DNA of 64,000 nucleotides, from the sequence record MN871441.1. One strand, written 5' to 3'. Shown piece after piece: positions 30,257 through 40,892 of this stretch. A program made the position numbers and the translations under genes. The notes beneath the pieces are model-generated. The model ran no database searches. It saw only the letters and a list, made by a program, of their open reading frames with translations, and was not told where the DNA came from. Within the stretch, counting starts at the first letter, position 1. Every line of letters begins with the position of its first letter.

Positions 30257-30520
30257 AGGAATATAAAGATGTACGATGTAAAACGTGTTATTGAAATCTG
30301 CGAAGAAGCTTACGAAAAGGTAGAAGTTGTTGATATGGGTAACTATACCAAGATCAAAACTTTCTATACTAAAGCTTGCTTTATTGATGAACCATGTGAA
30401 ATGGTATGTGAATATATTGTTGGTGTTATGGAATCCGGTATTGTTGTTACTAGATTCAAAGACAAACGGATGATGGTATTCAAGACGATTGAAGAGTTTT
30501 CTTATTGGGTAGATGCCTAA
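30257..30520 (+). CDS. Hypothetical protein
   Basis: ORF, probable start MYDVKR. Confidence 0.65.
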   Translation, partial: RNIKMYDVKRVIEICEEAYEKVEVVDMGNYTKIKTFYTKACFIDEPCEMVCEYIVGVMESGIVVTRFKDKRMMVFKTIEEFSYWVDA

Positions 30521-30553
30521 ATACCAAGGTAATCAACCTATAGGAAAATTAAA

Positions 30554-31405
30554 ATGAAAATGAAATTTAGTGAATTCGTTCAATTGGAAGAAAAATTGAT
30601 GGTATTCGGAAAGAAGGCATATCCTAAGTTTAACAACGTCTTGATCTTGGCTGGTGGGGCCGGTTCGGGAAAGGGATTTGTTACTTCTAAACTAGTTGGT
30701 CTGGAAGGTATTACCCTAGACGTAGACCGTGTAAAAGAGCTTGCTATGGCTTCCACAAAGCTCGCTGGGCGCATTAAAGCAGAAACCGGGCACGATATAT
30801 CCAAGTTTGACTTGAAGAAGCCAGAAAACGTTTCTACTCTGCATAGCCTTCTATCTGATGTATACAAGACAACCAAGAACATGGATAAACGTGTTTTTAA
30901 TGGTGTATTGGCTGCACCAGAGGATCGTAAACCTAATTTGATCTTTGACGTTACCCTTAAAGATATGGGCAAGATGGCTCAAATTGCAAAACAGGTTCGT
31001 GAACTAGGTTATAACAAGGAAAACGTTCATATCGTGTGGGTAATGAATGATATCAACGTTGCTATGAAACAAAACGCTGAACGTTCCCGTACTGTACCGG
31101 TTGAAATTCTTGTTGCAACCCATGAGGGTGCAAGTATGACCTTCAAAAATCTAATGGCTATGGGTGAAGGTGCCCGGAGTTATGCCGACGGTGATTGGTA
31201 TATTGCATTCAATAAAATTGGTGTTGACTCTTCTATTGCTAAATCTGGTAAAGGTGGTTCTTATGTTAAAGAAGCAAACTACATAAGAGTTAAACAACAG
31301 GGTAAAGCTCCGATGAAAGCAACTGAACTTGATAAACAGATTGTGAATAAGATTTCTGATTATATTCCAAACCCAGAAACATGGGCTATGGTAATGAAGA
31401 AATAA
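30554..31405 (+). CDS. P-loop kinase (zeta-toxin/AAA_33-like) with an internal-protein-like N-terminus
   Basis: ILAGGAGSGKG Walker A; LIFDVT; A..QN.ER.RTVP lid; starts MKMKFSEFVQLEE; late promoter at 30517. Confidence 0.75.
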   Translation: MKMKFSEFVQLEEKLMVFGKKAYPKFNNVLILAGGAGSGKGFVTSKLVGLEGITLDVDRVKELAMASTKLAGRIKAETGHDISKFDLKKPENVSTLHSLLSDVYKTTKNMDKRVFNGVLAAPEDRKPNLIFDVTLKDMGKMAQIAKQVRELGYNKENVHIVWVMNDINVAMKQNAERSRTVPVEILVATHEGASMTFKNLMAMGEGARSYADGDWYIAFNKIGVDSSIAKSGKGGSYVKEANYIRVKQQGKAPMKATELDKQIVNKISDYIPNPETWAMVMKK

Positions 31406-31458
31406 AGGTACTAAATAAAAGGGGCATAATGCCCCTTTATCGTTTTGAGGTATTATAA

Positions 31459-32226
31459 ATGAAATTTTATTCTAAAGGTTCGTCTGTCACCTTGAGTTCA
31501 GAAATTACCACAGAAGGCGCAACCTATGTGTGGAAAAAGGGATCTACCGTCATTTCCGGTAAAACAGAAAAAGACCTTATTCTTAGTTCTTTCGGTGCTT
31601 CTGATGTTGCCACTTATACAGTAACTGCAACGGTAGATACTACCGACACAGACACTGTTTTTGAAATCGGTATGGCTGAATTGGACCTTACACCACAACC
31701 ACTACAGACCATTACCCTTGAGGAAGGTGATAGTTTTTCGTCTACTATGACAGCAGTCGTTAAATTTACCCCTGATACCGCTGGTGATAACAAGTCTGAT
31801 TTTACGATCAAATATCAATGGAAGAAAGGACCCATTAATGTATCCGGTGCAACTTCTGCGGTATTAACAAAAAGCAACGTCGTTGTTGCGGACTCTGGTA
31901 ATTATCTGGTCGAAACGACTCTTATGGATAAAACTACTTCTGGGCAAATGATTTCGACTAGAATGGTTGACCTAACCGTTATTACGAAGGTTCTTGAGTC
32001 TTTATGGAAAGTTATCCCTCTTGAGTATAGAGGAACTAGCTTTACTTGGATTGGGTACTGGGTTATTGACGAAATAAAGAAAAATCCATCTTGGTTTACA
32101 GACTATAGTTCTCTGAAATATAAAGACGAAATAGAAACCATAGTTAAAGCGTTTGATGAATATGGAGAAGTTGAACTTCAAGAATCCAGAAATGGTCGGA
32201 TTCTAAAGGTAAGTGACTTAAAATAA
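31459..32226 (+). CDS. hoc: Hoc-like outer capsid protein with two Ig-like domains
   Basis: YVWKKG and YQWKKG...DSGNY Ig motifs; C-terminal PL.YR.TSFTWIGYWVIDEI...EVELQESRNG capsid-binding domain. Confidence 0.85.
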   Translation: MKFYSKGSSVTLSSEITTEGATYVWKKGSTVISGKTEKDLILSSFGASDVATYTVTATVDTTDTDTVFEIGMAELDLTPQPLQTITLEEGDSFSSTMTAVVKFTPDTAGDNKSDFTIKYQWKKGPINVSGATSAVLTKSNVVVADSGNYLVETTLMDKTTSGQMISTRMVDLTVITKVLESLWKVIPLEYRGTSFTWIGYWVIDEIKKNPSWFTDYSSLKYKDEIETIVKAFDEYGEVELQESRNGRILKVSDLK

Positions 32227-32249
32227 AAAGAGCCTTCGGGCTCTTTTTT
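32226..32249 (+). terminator. UUCG-tetraloop terminator
   Basis: AAAGAGCC-TTCG-GGCTCTTTTTT. Confidence 0.85.
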
Positions 32250-32265
32250 ATTAAGGAGAATTGAA

Positions 32266-32682
32266 ATGAAATATGAAAACAGTAAAGGTATAGATAGACA
32301 AAATATGCCTCAAATTGCAGCCGAGAACGTCCCCGGATTTTTGGATTGGTGTACAACAAACGGGGTTGGGTTTATTAAGGAAAGGGTTAAAGTAAAGACT
32401 TTACTTCCGACTCAATCAGAGTATAATGAAGAAAAAGTGGAAAAGATGAGAAGTGCACCATATAGTGTGTTATCAAAACCTATTGTTGTTTCTGATGATA
32501 ACTACATTCTAGACGGACACCATCGGTATAGCGCATTGTTAGCCAATGATGGTGATAACCTGATTGAAATATATCGGGTTCGTTGTGATATTGTGGATCT
32601 ATTGATTGCTGCTCATAAGTTTCCATTAACATTTTATAAAGGGCTCAAAGAGAGTCGTAAAAAGTTTTCTGATTTTATCTGA
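32266..32682 (+). CDS. ParB/Srx-like domain protein
   Basis: L.PTQ.E...EKV..M and PIVVSDDNYILDGHHRY motifs. Confidence 0.8.
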   Translation: MKYENSKGIDRQNMPQIAAENVPGFLDWCTTNGVGFIKERVKVKTLLPTQSEYNEEKVEKMRSAPYSVLSKPIVVSDDNYILDGHHRYSALLANDGDNLIEIYRVRCDIVDLLIAAHKFPLTFYKGLKESRKKFSDFI

Positions 32683-32690
32683 GGTATGAT

Positions 32691-33266
32691 ATGTCTAGTT
32701 TGCATTTCCATCATTCCGCAATGAATGCGGGAAAGAGTTCTCATTTATTGCAAGTTGCTTATAATTATGAAGAACGAGGAATGGGAGTTTTAGTTTTAAA
32801 ACCTTGCATTGATACTCGTGATGGGGAAATGGTTTCTTCACGATTGGGGGTTTCTCGTCCATCAATTATGTTTTCTGATAAGGAGAATTTAACTGATCTT
32901 TATTTGAGTTATAAGATCGGAAAGAAAATAGATTGTATTCTTATCGATGAAGCCCAATTTATGACGGTCGAACAAGTAAAGCAACTGGCTTTTATTGTTG
33001 ATAACTACGATGTTCCTGTTATGTGTTATGGTCTTATGTCTGACTCCAATGGAGAGATGTTTGATGCCAGTCGTCAACTTGTGGTTATGGCTGAACAAAT
33101 TGTGGAACATAAAACAATTTGTTGGTGTGGTTCTAAAGCAACGATGAACCTTCGTGTTGATGAGAACGGCAAAAAAGTTATTGGTGATCAAGTTTGTATT
33201 GGTGGGAACGATAGATATATTTCTGTTTGTCGTAAACACTGGGTTGCTGGTATGAGTGGAAAATGA
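32691..33266 (+). CDS. tk: Thymidine kinase
   Basis: SAMNAGKS, ILIDEAQF, CYGL, C.CG.KAT and QVCIGGNDRY..VCRKH. Confidence 0.97.
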   Translation: MSSLHFHHSAMNAGKSSHLLQVAYNYEERGMGVLVLKPCIDTRDGEMVSSRLGVSRPSIMFSDKENLTDLYLSYKIGKKIDCILIDEAQFMTVEQVKQLAFIVDNYDVPVMCYGLMSDSNGEMFDASRQLVVMAEQIVEHKTICWCGSKATMNLRVDENGKKVIGDQVCIGGNDRYISVCRKHWVAGMSGK

Positions 33267-33296
33267 AAAAGGGATCCCTATTTGGGATCCCTTTTT
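33266..33296. terminator. Bidirectional terminator, GGGATCCC family copy 2
   Basis: AAAAA-GGGATCCC-tattt-GGGATCCC-TTTTT at the tk/lysozyme convergence. Confidence 0.85.
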
Positions 33297-33298
33297 GT

Positions 33299-33799
33299 TT
33301 ATGCGAATGGATAACCTTTGTAAGTACCAGTCTCAATAACGTCTGTAACTCTCTTAGCACGATTTGGTGTCTGTCTCGCCCAAGCACTAGCAAGACCGTG
33401 CTTCTTTGCTTCTACCCAGTTCTTGGAGCGCATAGCGCGAAGCATCGACGGGAAGCCATTTACACCTTTAGCCCCCATCTGAAAAACCATATTTTCCAAT
33501 GCGGTTTTTCTGACTTCATCTAATCCAACATATGTAGACCATAAATCGACATACCCTTTCATAGAATTTCTAACTACTTCAAGATCTTTAGCAAAAAGTT
33601 GACTTTCTTCTGATTGAGTAATCTTACCGTCGGTAATAACCCTCCCAACATGGGAACTTAACTCACGGTTAATTTCCCCCATATCTTTCGTACGAAGTTT
33701 CTTTATTAAATGACCAATACCGATAGTCGGATATCCTTCGGTATCCCAATAAACAGTAAGCTTCGAACCCTCGTCGAATTTAAGCATTTTTTCTAACAT
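33299..33799 (-). CDS. e: T4-type lysozyme (endolysin e-like)
   Basis: DEG...YWDTEGYPTIGIGHL; ENMVFQMG; WARQTPNRAKRV. Confidence 0.9.
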   Translation of the reverse strand: MLEKMLKFDEGSKLTVYWDTEGYPTIGIGHLIKKLRTKDMGEINRELSSHVGRVITDGKITQSEESQLFAKDLEVVRNSMKGYVDLWSTYVGLDEVRKTALENMVFQMGAKGVNGFPSMLRAMRSKNWVEAKKHGLASAWARQTPNRAKRVTDVIETGTYKGYPFA

Positions 33800-33816
33800 A
33801 TAATATTCTCTCTAAA

Positions 33817-33843
33817 ATTATGGACTCCCGAAGGAGTCCAAAT
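33817..33843 (-). terminator. UUCG terminator after the tail fibre gene
   Basis: Minus strand GGACTCC-TTCG-GGAGTCC. Confidence 0.7.
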
Positions 33844-33845
33844 TA

Positions 33846-36800
33846 TTAAGTTATCCGCTGTGCCAATGTTACGTTCCAAGAACCCCAACCGTCGCCGTTT
33901 TGGGAATTTGCTCTAGAAACACCCATCAGACGCCATGTACCATAGTTACAAGCAACCATATTAGTACCTTCCGCGTTCGAGAATGCAATCTGAGTACCTT
34001 GGAGAACAGTCCCCGGACCTTGTGGACCAAGGTTGGATTTGACTGTGACCATCGCATATGAACCAATATCCATATTGCCGCCGCCATTGACGACTGATCT
34101 CAGTATTACACCATCTGGAATTGGGTTACTTGGTGAATAAACTCGTTGACCTACGTCGTGAACACCACCATTAGCGTTAACAGAACCTGCTATTCCGGTA
34201 TTACCATTGTTATCAATAGACATTCTGAGTTTAGTTTCACCACCGGCACCATTACTTGATGTAAATCGAAGTTGACCGTCTGTGTTCATGTAAATCATTG
34301 TTGCCCAAAATCCGGGACGATGAAATTCTAGTCTGTTATTATTATTGCTAATGATAGAGGCATAACCACTATTAACACCTACAGATCCACCAACCTCAAT
34401 GTTTCCATTAACACTTAGGGAACCAGACATTGTTCCGCTGGTTGTGTTGAAACCCGTACTCATAGTAACCACACCGTTCGAACCTATCATAAATGGTTGG
34501 AGATTCCATACACCATCTTGATAACGATGGATACCAAGGTTACCATTAGATAGATCCATACCCATCCCCCAAGACAAACCTTGTTTGTTTTCGAACGGGG
34601 TGAATATCAGACCAGCATTATTGATAACCCGGAAAGATGGTGCAGCAATTCTGTCTTGGTTAGCAATAATCTCGCCATCATTAAACGTCATTACACGTAT
34701 GTTTGCAGTGTCTCCAGATCTTCTTACATATATGTATGGGTTTATACCAGAAGATTCTTGTGCTCCAAGCCCAAATACCCTAGTACCATCTGCACCACTT
34801 ACAAACATTGCAGTTCTTGCACTTAACTGATTTTGAAGTTCTGTTACTGTTGGGCTAACTTGTATTATCTGGTTTTCGCCTGAGTTACCATGTTTTAGTT
34901 TAAATGTGTTTCCTTCTGCTAATATATGAAATCTAGCATTAGAACCATCTTGAAAACTAATCGATGCACCATTATTAATCATAACAGCATTCTTTATGGT
35001 TGCAGTAGTTACCGCTCCAGTTAGAGTGCCACCAGACAGATTTAATTTAGTATTAAGTAAATTATCTGTTTCAGTTTTTGTGTATGCATTAAAATCACCA
35101 GCAGAAGGTTTATTACCAGTGTGATATATGGTGTAATCGTTACTTCCAATCCTTACCATTGGGTTATTTTTGCTTTCAAGATATACAGTACCAGTCTTAG
35201 CAGCCAGATATATATTGTTGCTCGCGGCGTTGATATATTCATCTGTTGCATCCCAACGAATTGCACCAGTCATGATACCACCAGACAGATTAAGCTTTTT
35301 GTTAAGCTCTGTGTTTATCTGTGCAGTTGTTAATGTACCAACGTCGGCGGCTGATGGTTTATTGCCGGTATGATATATGTCATAATCTGTGTTATTAACT
35401 TTAACCTTCGGATTGATAGTTCCAGAAGCTAATGTCAATCCAGATGGTGAGCGTTCGACGTAATAATCAGAACCACTACCAAGAGTCAATCTAGTGGTGT
35501 TGCCAGAGTTAAATCTAACATCCCCAGTTACAGTACCACCAGTTAAAGACAACGCCCCAACATCAGCGGAAGTAGGTTTAAACTCTTCGTTATAGTCACG
35601 ATACCAAGGCTTCCACGCACCACTTGAATATTGTGCTCTAGACCAAACTTCGGACGAGTTATATACCCAATATTTTTGAATAACGCCAGCGGAAGTAGTA
35701 ACAATAAGGTTACCAGCTTTCTCAACTGGATAGTTCAAACTAGTTAATGCTTTAGCGTTAGCAACTTGGCTATATATACCAGCGGTTTTAATATCGTTGA
35801 GGTTATCTGTATCTCTCAGTGTGATAATAGAACTAAAACCACCAAGAGCAACACCATCAACATATGCCTTGTTTGTTAAATGCATTGCCAACGTCGGAAC
35901 TTGGTTATTTGATATAGTACCGGTTGCATTAAAGACAGTTTCCCCAGTTACAGTTCCCGAACCATTTGGACGAATCACAACACCAGATGAACCACCACCA
36001 ATAATTGTTCTATTATCTAAATAGATTCCTTGGTTTGCATTACCGGAATATTGAAGTGCATAACCAGTTGTGGTTACAATAAATTTCTCTGCATTCACAT
36101 TACCGGTTTCGATCTGTACTTTCTTACCTGCATGGGTAAATTCAGCACCAACATCTCTACTTATTCTTAGTGTACTAGTGTCAGCAGTCGAACCATCAGA
36201 CCCTTTGCGATATCTAGAAGCTAAGAACAAAGTACCTTCATATTCACCGGTTGTGGTTGTGTTTGTTGCTTGACCTATAATTCTAGACAACTGATCGCCA
36301 CTATGGGGATCATATCGGTTTGTAGCACCAACTCTAAAACTAACCTCACCTATTGTGTATGGAATACCAGCAGCAACACCATCACGATATTTTTCCTTGG
36401 TATAAGATACGTAAGGATAAACAGAGTCGTCATTAGTAGAGTTATTGTGTCTTAGAATACCAGTTCTGTATGTGTTTACCTGTTCCCACACACCAGTCGG
36501 TAACCATGGTTGCCAACCTTCAACTGCATTAATCCATACCCTTGTAAACTCTCTTGGTTCTACAAATCCACCGACTGTTACCCAGTTACTGAATTTCTGA
36601 ACAGTCAAGTTATCGAAAGATCGTTGTTTAACCTCAACAATACCCGTATGAGTAGTTGCAGTTGCGGTATTGTCAGTTCCATTAGCCCAGTTACCATCAA
36701 CTGTAAAAACACCGTTGGTCTTAATTAGGTTGAAGTCACGAACACCACCGGTTACTGTGATCGCGTTGGGACTATCACCAACACCAAGACCCATACCACC

Positions 36801-37799
36801 CACAGACTGTTTGTTCAGAGAGGTATACATTTCCGCCCATGGCTGCCAAACACCGATATATTGACGACGAACCCATACACGATCTTGTGTATAAGAAAAG
36901 AATATTTGTGCATTCGCCCCGTTACCCCAACGGGTAACAAGGAGAGTTGATCCACTAGGACCAGTACCACCGTCGTTAGGAGTATTTTTTGTGTTTGCGA
37001 AAACACCATAGTTACCGGGCATAATTGCTTTATCGCAATCATCTTCNNGGTGGACGATCATATACAGCCATTGCCTTTACTTCTTCCGCNCTAGGCAAAT
37101 TACCTTTATGGAAAATATCATAGTTTGTATTTCCATAAGACACTTGAGGGATTAACCCCNGNAGCCATATTAAATCTTACTTGAGTNAGNGGTGTACCAT
37201 ACCAACCACTAAAAGCAANTCGTTGAGTCNGTAACGTCTCTATCTACTTTACCACCTTGGAAATAAAGTAANGAACCAGATGCAACNANACGNTGTGCNT
37301 ATGTATTGGTAGCAGAATCATAAACTTCAACTTGACCGTTGGANTTGATTCTATTNGCNTCAACCTGACCATTAACCATTAGGTTTCCAGTCATNGTATC
37401 NCCATCTCTATTAACAGCTCGAACAGGNAAACCGTCNAGNTTTGTNTTNTCTTCTTTNCTCATTGCCCCATGNGCGGATTGCGTTGCGTTATTAATTGAA
37501 ACTCGCGGACTTACACCAGTAGTAACGACGATTGGGAGAGTCCCGGTTACAGATTTCACCGATGTACTATCTAGGTTATCAACATAACCTTTAATGGCAA
37601 CTTCATTAGAATTGACAGGAGTTTTATATGTCAATGTTCCGGTAAAGGTTTTAGCCCCACCAATAGATTGATTACTAACACTATCAATAACCTCATTACC
37701 ATTATAAAACAGCTTAACGTCTTGCGGGGAAAATGGTAGGTTAGTCTGTGTCCAAACTAATCCACCCCCAGCGGTAGACGAACTCTTAAGGTCTGCCAT
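33846..37799 (-). CDS. Tail fibre protein, ~1300 aa (one gene, split by N-associated frameshifts at 37030-37230)
   Basis: gp36-like start MADLKSSSTAGGGLVW; YHTGNKP repeats; LNDIKTAGIY; tip GSYA...GTWRLMG; linking frames traced by eye. Confidence 0.85.
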
Positions 37800-37836
37800 T
37801 TTTAAATTCCTCTATTTTGAAATTGTTTCTACTCTT

Positions 37837-38160
37837 TTATTTAGGTAACAAAAAAGTCCCNTANTNNGGGACTTTTTGACATTGTGGNTCTTTCAGATCC
37901 TTTCTATAAGAACATAACATTCTATTTTGNGAATCTATATAAACACCTATNTTTTCNANCCAAGCNCTATANCTTAAACTNTCCTCATATGTCATNCCNA
38001 CATAAGTNGTTTCACCTTCCTTNATNACAGTCCATTTAGGAATATANGTTTTTACAGGNNTNGGTCTATTTGGATGNAACACTAATACCGGNTCTGGTNT
38101 CGGTGGNGTTGAACANGCAGCNANAACCACTATACACATCATAATTAGAATTTTTTTCAT
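37837..38160 (-). CDS. o-spanin lipoprotein (Rz1/pseT.2-like)
   Basis: Signal peptide with lipobox Cys, Pro-rich; ends MLCSYRKDL...QC. Confidence 0.8.
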   Translation of the reverse strand: MKKILIMMCIVVXAXCSXPPXPXPVLVXHPNRXXPVKXYIPKWTXXKEGEXTYXXMTYEXSLXYXAWXEXIGVYIDXQNRMLCSYRKDLKXPQCQKVXXXGTFLLPK

Positions 38161-38534
38161 TTACATTCCCCCAGAGTGAGACAATCCATTCGGTTACCAA
38201 ACTCTTCGTAATCTTTCTGGATTATCTTCTCTACCAGCTTGGGTTTCTTGTTTATTGCATCCTTACCACGACTAGCATTAGATTCAAGCGTACCAATGCG
38301 CTTAGAAAGCTCTCTGTTCGATTTCTCTTCTGTTTGGCTATACTCATTAGACTGTTGTTTGAAATCGCTTATACTCAATTCTATGGCGGATAATTTGGAC
38401 GTCGTTGTTTCTAGTTGTTTGGTCATCTCTCCTATTGTTATAGCCTGTGATTCGATCTTGTTGAACATATACCAAGAAGAACCACCAACCAGAATAAGAA
38501 GAACCCCAAATATAATTGCCTTGTATCTTACCAT
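38157..38534 (-). CDS. i-spanin (Rz/pseT.3-like)
   Basis: N-terminal TM segment, coiled coil, KKPKLVEKII motif; late promoter at ~38569. Confidence 0.8.
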   Translation of the reverse strand: MVRYKAIIFGVLLILVGGSSWYMFNKIESQAITIGEMTKQLETTTSKLSAIELSISDFKQQSNEYSQTEEKSNRELSKRIGTLESNASRGKDAINKKPKLVEKIIQKDYEEFGNRMDCLTLGECK

Positions 38535-38599
38535 TGTTAATCTCTCCAAATAAAAAGGCTCCAACCTTATTTAGGATGGAGCCTTTGGGAGATTAATGA

Positions 38600-39083
38600 T
38601 TACTTTTTATCCCATTCGACACAAATCAATTCTTCAAAGTCGTCTTCGTCAAAGCAATTTTCAATTACTTGTGAGATAACATCCCAATCCCCACCAGCAA
38701 CACCCGCCCCAATCTTTGGGAATATAAGTCGATACCCTTCATATCCAAAATCTTCCGCTAACGAAACCATTCTCTAATGCATCCAAACGAAGATCTCGAC
38801 CGGGGAAATATTGGGTATATAGGTTAATCAATCGAGAATCATAATCTAAGGGGGTCCAGCTATATTGACCAAGCATTCCAATATCCACCTGACCGTTTGT
38901 CTTAAACAGCCGTTGGAAATGTGCNTCNANANNANGCNCANCNGGGAANTNNNNGGNAATANNNNNANCAATCNNGAANCATNNNNTANGNNNNTNCANC
39001 NATANNGANCAANNTTNNAATNTNCANNNNNNCTNNGTCTTNNACATGNCGNTNANATCGCCTTTAACATAACGAATTTTCAT
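38600..39083 (-). CDS. Macrodomain (tk.4-like) protein, N-rich and frameshifted
   Basis: Starts MKIRYVKGD; INLYTQY.PG; C-terminal frame FPKIGAGVAGGDWDVI. Confidence 0.8.
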
Positions 39084-39739
39084 TTTTCTACATCTCTTTG
39101 CTTTGGATATTGTTTTTGTTCCATCTTGTTAACTTTATCAAGTTTTTTAATGTGAACTAACGGATAAACATAACTATGTTTTCCCGGTACTACCACTTCC
39201 TCTAGAAGACCATCATTTTTCATATTTTGTAATTTTTGTGCAAAAGGTTTCAACATACCTTTATATTTCGTTCTCATTGCCCTACTGTGATATAATTTTC
39301 CGTCTGGTGTTTTTAATAGTTTATCTTTGGGAGTTTCTCCCACATATATCCAGTTTGTTGCCTGATATATAATACCAACGTGGTCATGAAACGGGTCTGC
39401 ATAACTAATTACAACTTTATGAGTTTTTAATTTTTTCAATATTCTCAGACACGAACCAATAACCCACGACTCAGAATTATGAGGTAATTCATCCAATAAT
39501 ACAAGACGTCGTAATTCCAATACATCACATTCTTTATCAGAAAACTTTTTCCATGCAGTTGTACTTAGTTGTCCAAATATAACAGCACCAACCAATTCCC
39601 CATTTTTATCATCAATACGAAAACAATATGATGTTTTTAGACCATTGATATTATGAGAATAATGATGGGTCTCTACGAATTCCTTTATTTCTTTTCTTTC
39701 ACATAAAGATAATTCGTAACCCCTCCATTTTATGGTCAT
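39080..39739 (-). CDS. Mom-like DNA adenine-modification (GNAT-fold) protein
   Basis: HHYS, LVGAVIFG, LELRRLV, ESWVIG, VISYAD..H.GIIYQATNW.Y.G are Mom-family motifs. Confidence 0.8.
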   Translation of the reverse strand: MTIKWRGYELSLCERKEIKEFVETHHYSHNINGLKTSYCFRIDDKNGELVGAVIFGQLSTTAWKKFSDKECDVLELRRLVLLDELPHNSESWVIGSCLRILKKLKTHKVVISYADPFHDHVGIIYQATNWIYVGETPKDKLLKTPDGKLYHSRAMRTKYKGMLKPFAQKLQNMKNDGLLEEVVVPGKHSYVYPLVHIKKLDKVNKMEQKQYPKQRDVEK

Positions 39740-40046
39740 TCGATAACCTCCTTATGAAATTCACCAATAACTTTTTCTGGTGAATGACCCAAGACAACCA
39801 TATTGACTGGGTGGGAAATGGTATGAACACCGCTAACAAAATAAAATTTAACTACGTTTGTTTCTGTAATCCCACGAGATTCGTCAAGGGTTACGAAATC
39901 ATACATCCAATCGTTGAATCCGCGATATTTTGCATTGTTCAAAATAATTTCAGCAGCAAGCCCGAAAGACCNNNCTNTATCCTTCAATTCTTTAACTGTC
40001 GATATNNAACACCGACACNGAATNNANNNNNAANNNTCTTNNTNNT
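39736..40046 (-). CDS. Hypothetical protein (N-containing)
   Basis: C-terminal part of the 171-aa ORF call; start uncertain. Confidence 0.45.
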
Positions 40047-40611
40047 TAATAAAAACGGTTNCGTTCGCAACTAGTNNGATNTTCTTGNGCCNNNTCNNAA
40101 NANCNNAAACNGNAATTACAANNTTCATCGTNGTCNATATGAAACACGATGAATCCATTCTTAAGAATTTCATAATTATAAAAATTACGTTCGCAACTAG
40201 TACGATATTCTTGAGCCGCTTCGGAAGACCGAAAACGGTAAATGGTATCAAAGTTCATACGTGGGTATTGNNNNNNTTGGANATNNNNGNNTNNANNNCN
40301 ANNCNATNTNNNNNNGAAATTCNNNANTNNCTNTNTCTNGNGAANGACNNNACACNNNNNTNTTNACTNGATNGNAAATNGCTTGATNNAGCGNNGCTAA
40401 CTNACAATNACCAATTTTNAGGNTACNTGTTNTGTTNNGNNNTTCNNCGNNNTTCNTCAANGGTTNNGNNATCATCNCNNNNAGATGCGGGTTNAANCTC
40501 NCNANATTTNGACNNNGTTNNAAGANNATTATCAAGNAGNANNNCCGTNANTACANNNNCNNCATCGTNGNTNTNNANNACTAATNNNNCNANNCTTNNG
40601 AANNTCNTCAA

Positions 40612-40878
40612 TTATANAANNTACNTTNNCNACTGGTACGANATNNTTGANNNNNTTCNNCACNANCNANANNGNTNAATGNNNTCNANNTTCAATACNN
40701 NATTAACAATAAAACGGCTAATATAACCATCGCTGTTAAGTCTGTTCAAGCTATCTTGGTTAACTGTCAGACGATAATCAACCAGATAATTAGAAACAAT
40801 CCAATCATTAATTTTGGCGAGACCGATAAATTCTTTCCGGTCTTTCAGATTTTTGAATTTATAAACAAATGCTTTCAT
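40612..40878 (-). CDS. Hypothetical protein
   Basis: AAGGA RBS; C-terminus obscured by Ns. Confidence 0.55.
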   Translation of the reverse strand: MKAFVYKFKNLKDRKEFIGLAKINDWIVSNYLVDYRLTVNQDSLNRLNSDGYISRFIVNXVLXXXXIXXXXXXXXXSXXSYQXXXXXX

Positions 40879-40892
40879 TATTTTTCCTTTTA

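Noticed and set aside
37030-37230. Apparent split between the gp36-like ORF and the long fibre ORF
   Set aside because: Fibre-like reading continues across frames, with shifts at N positions; treated as one gene
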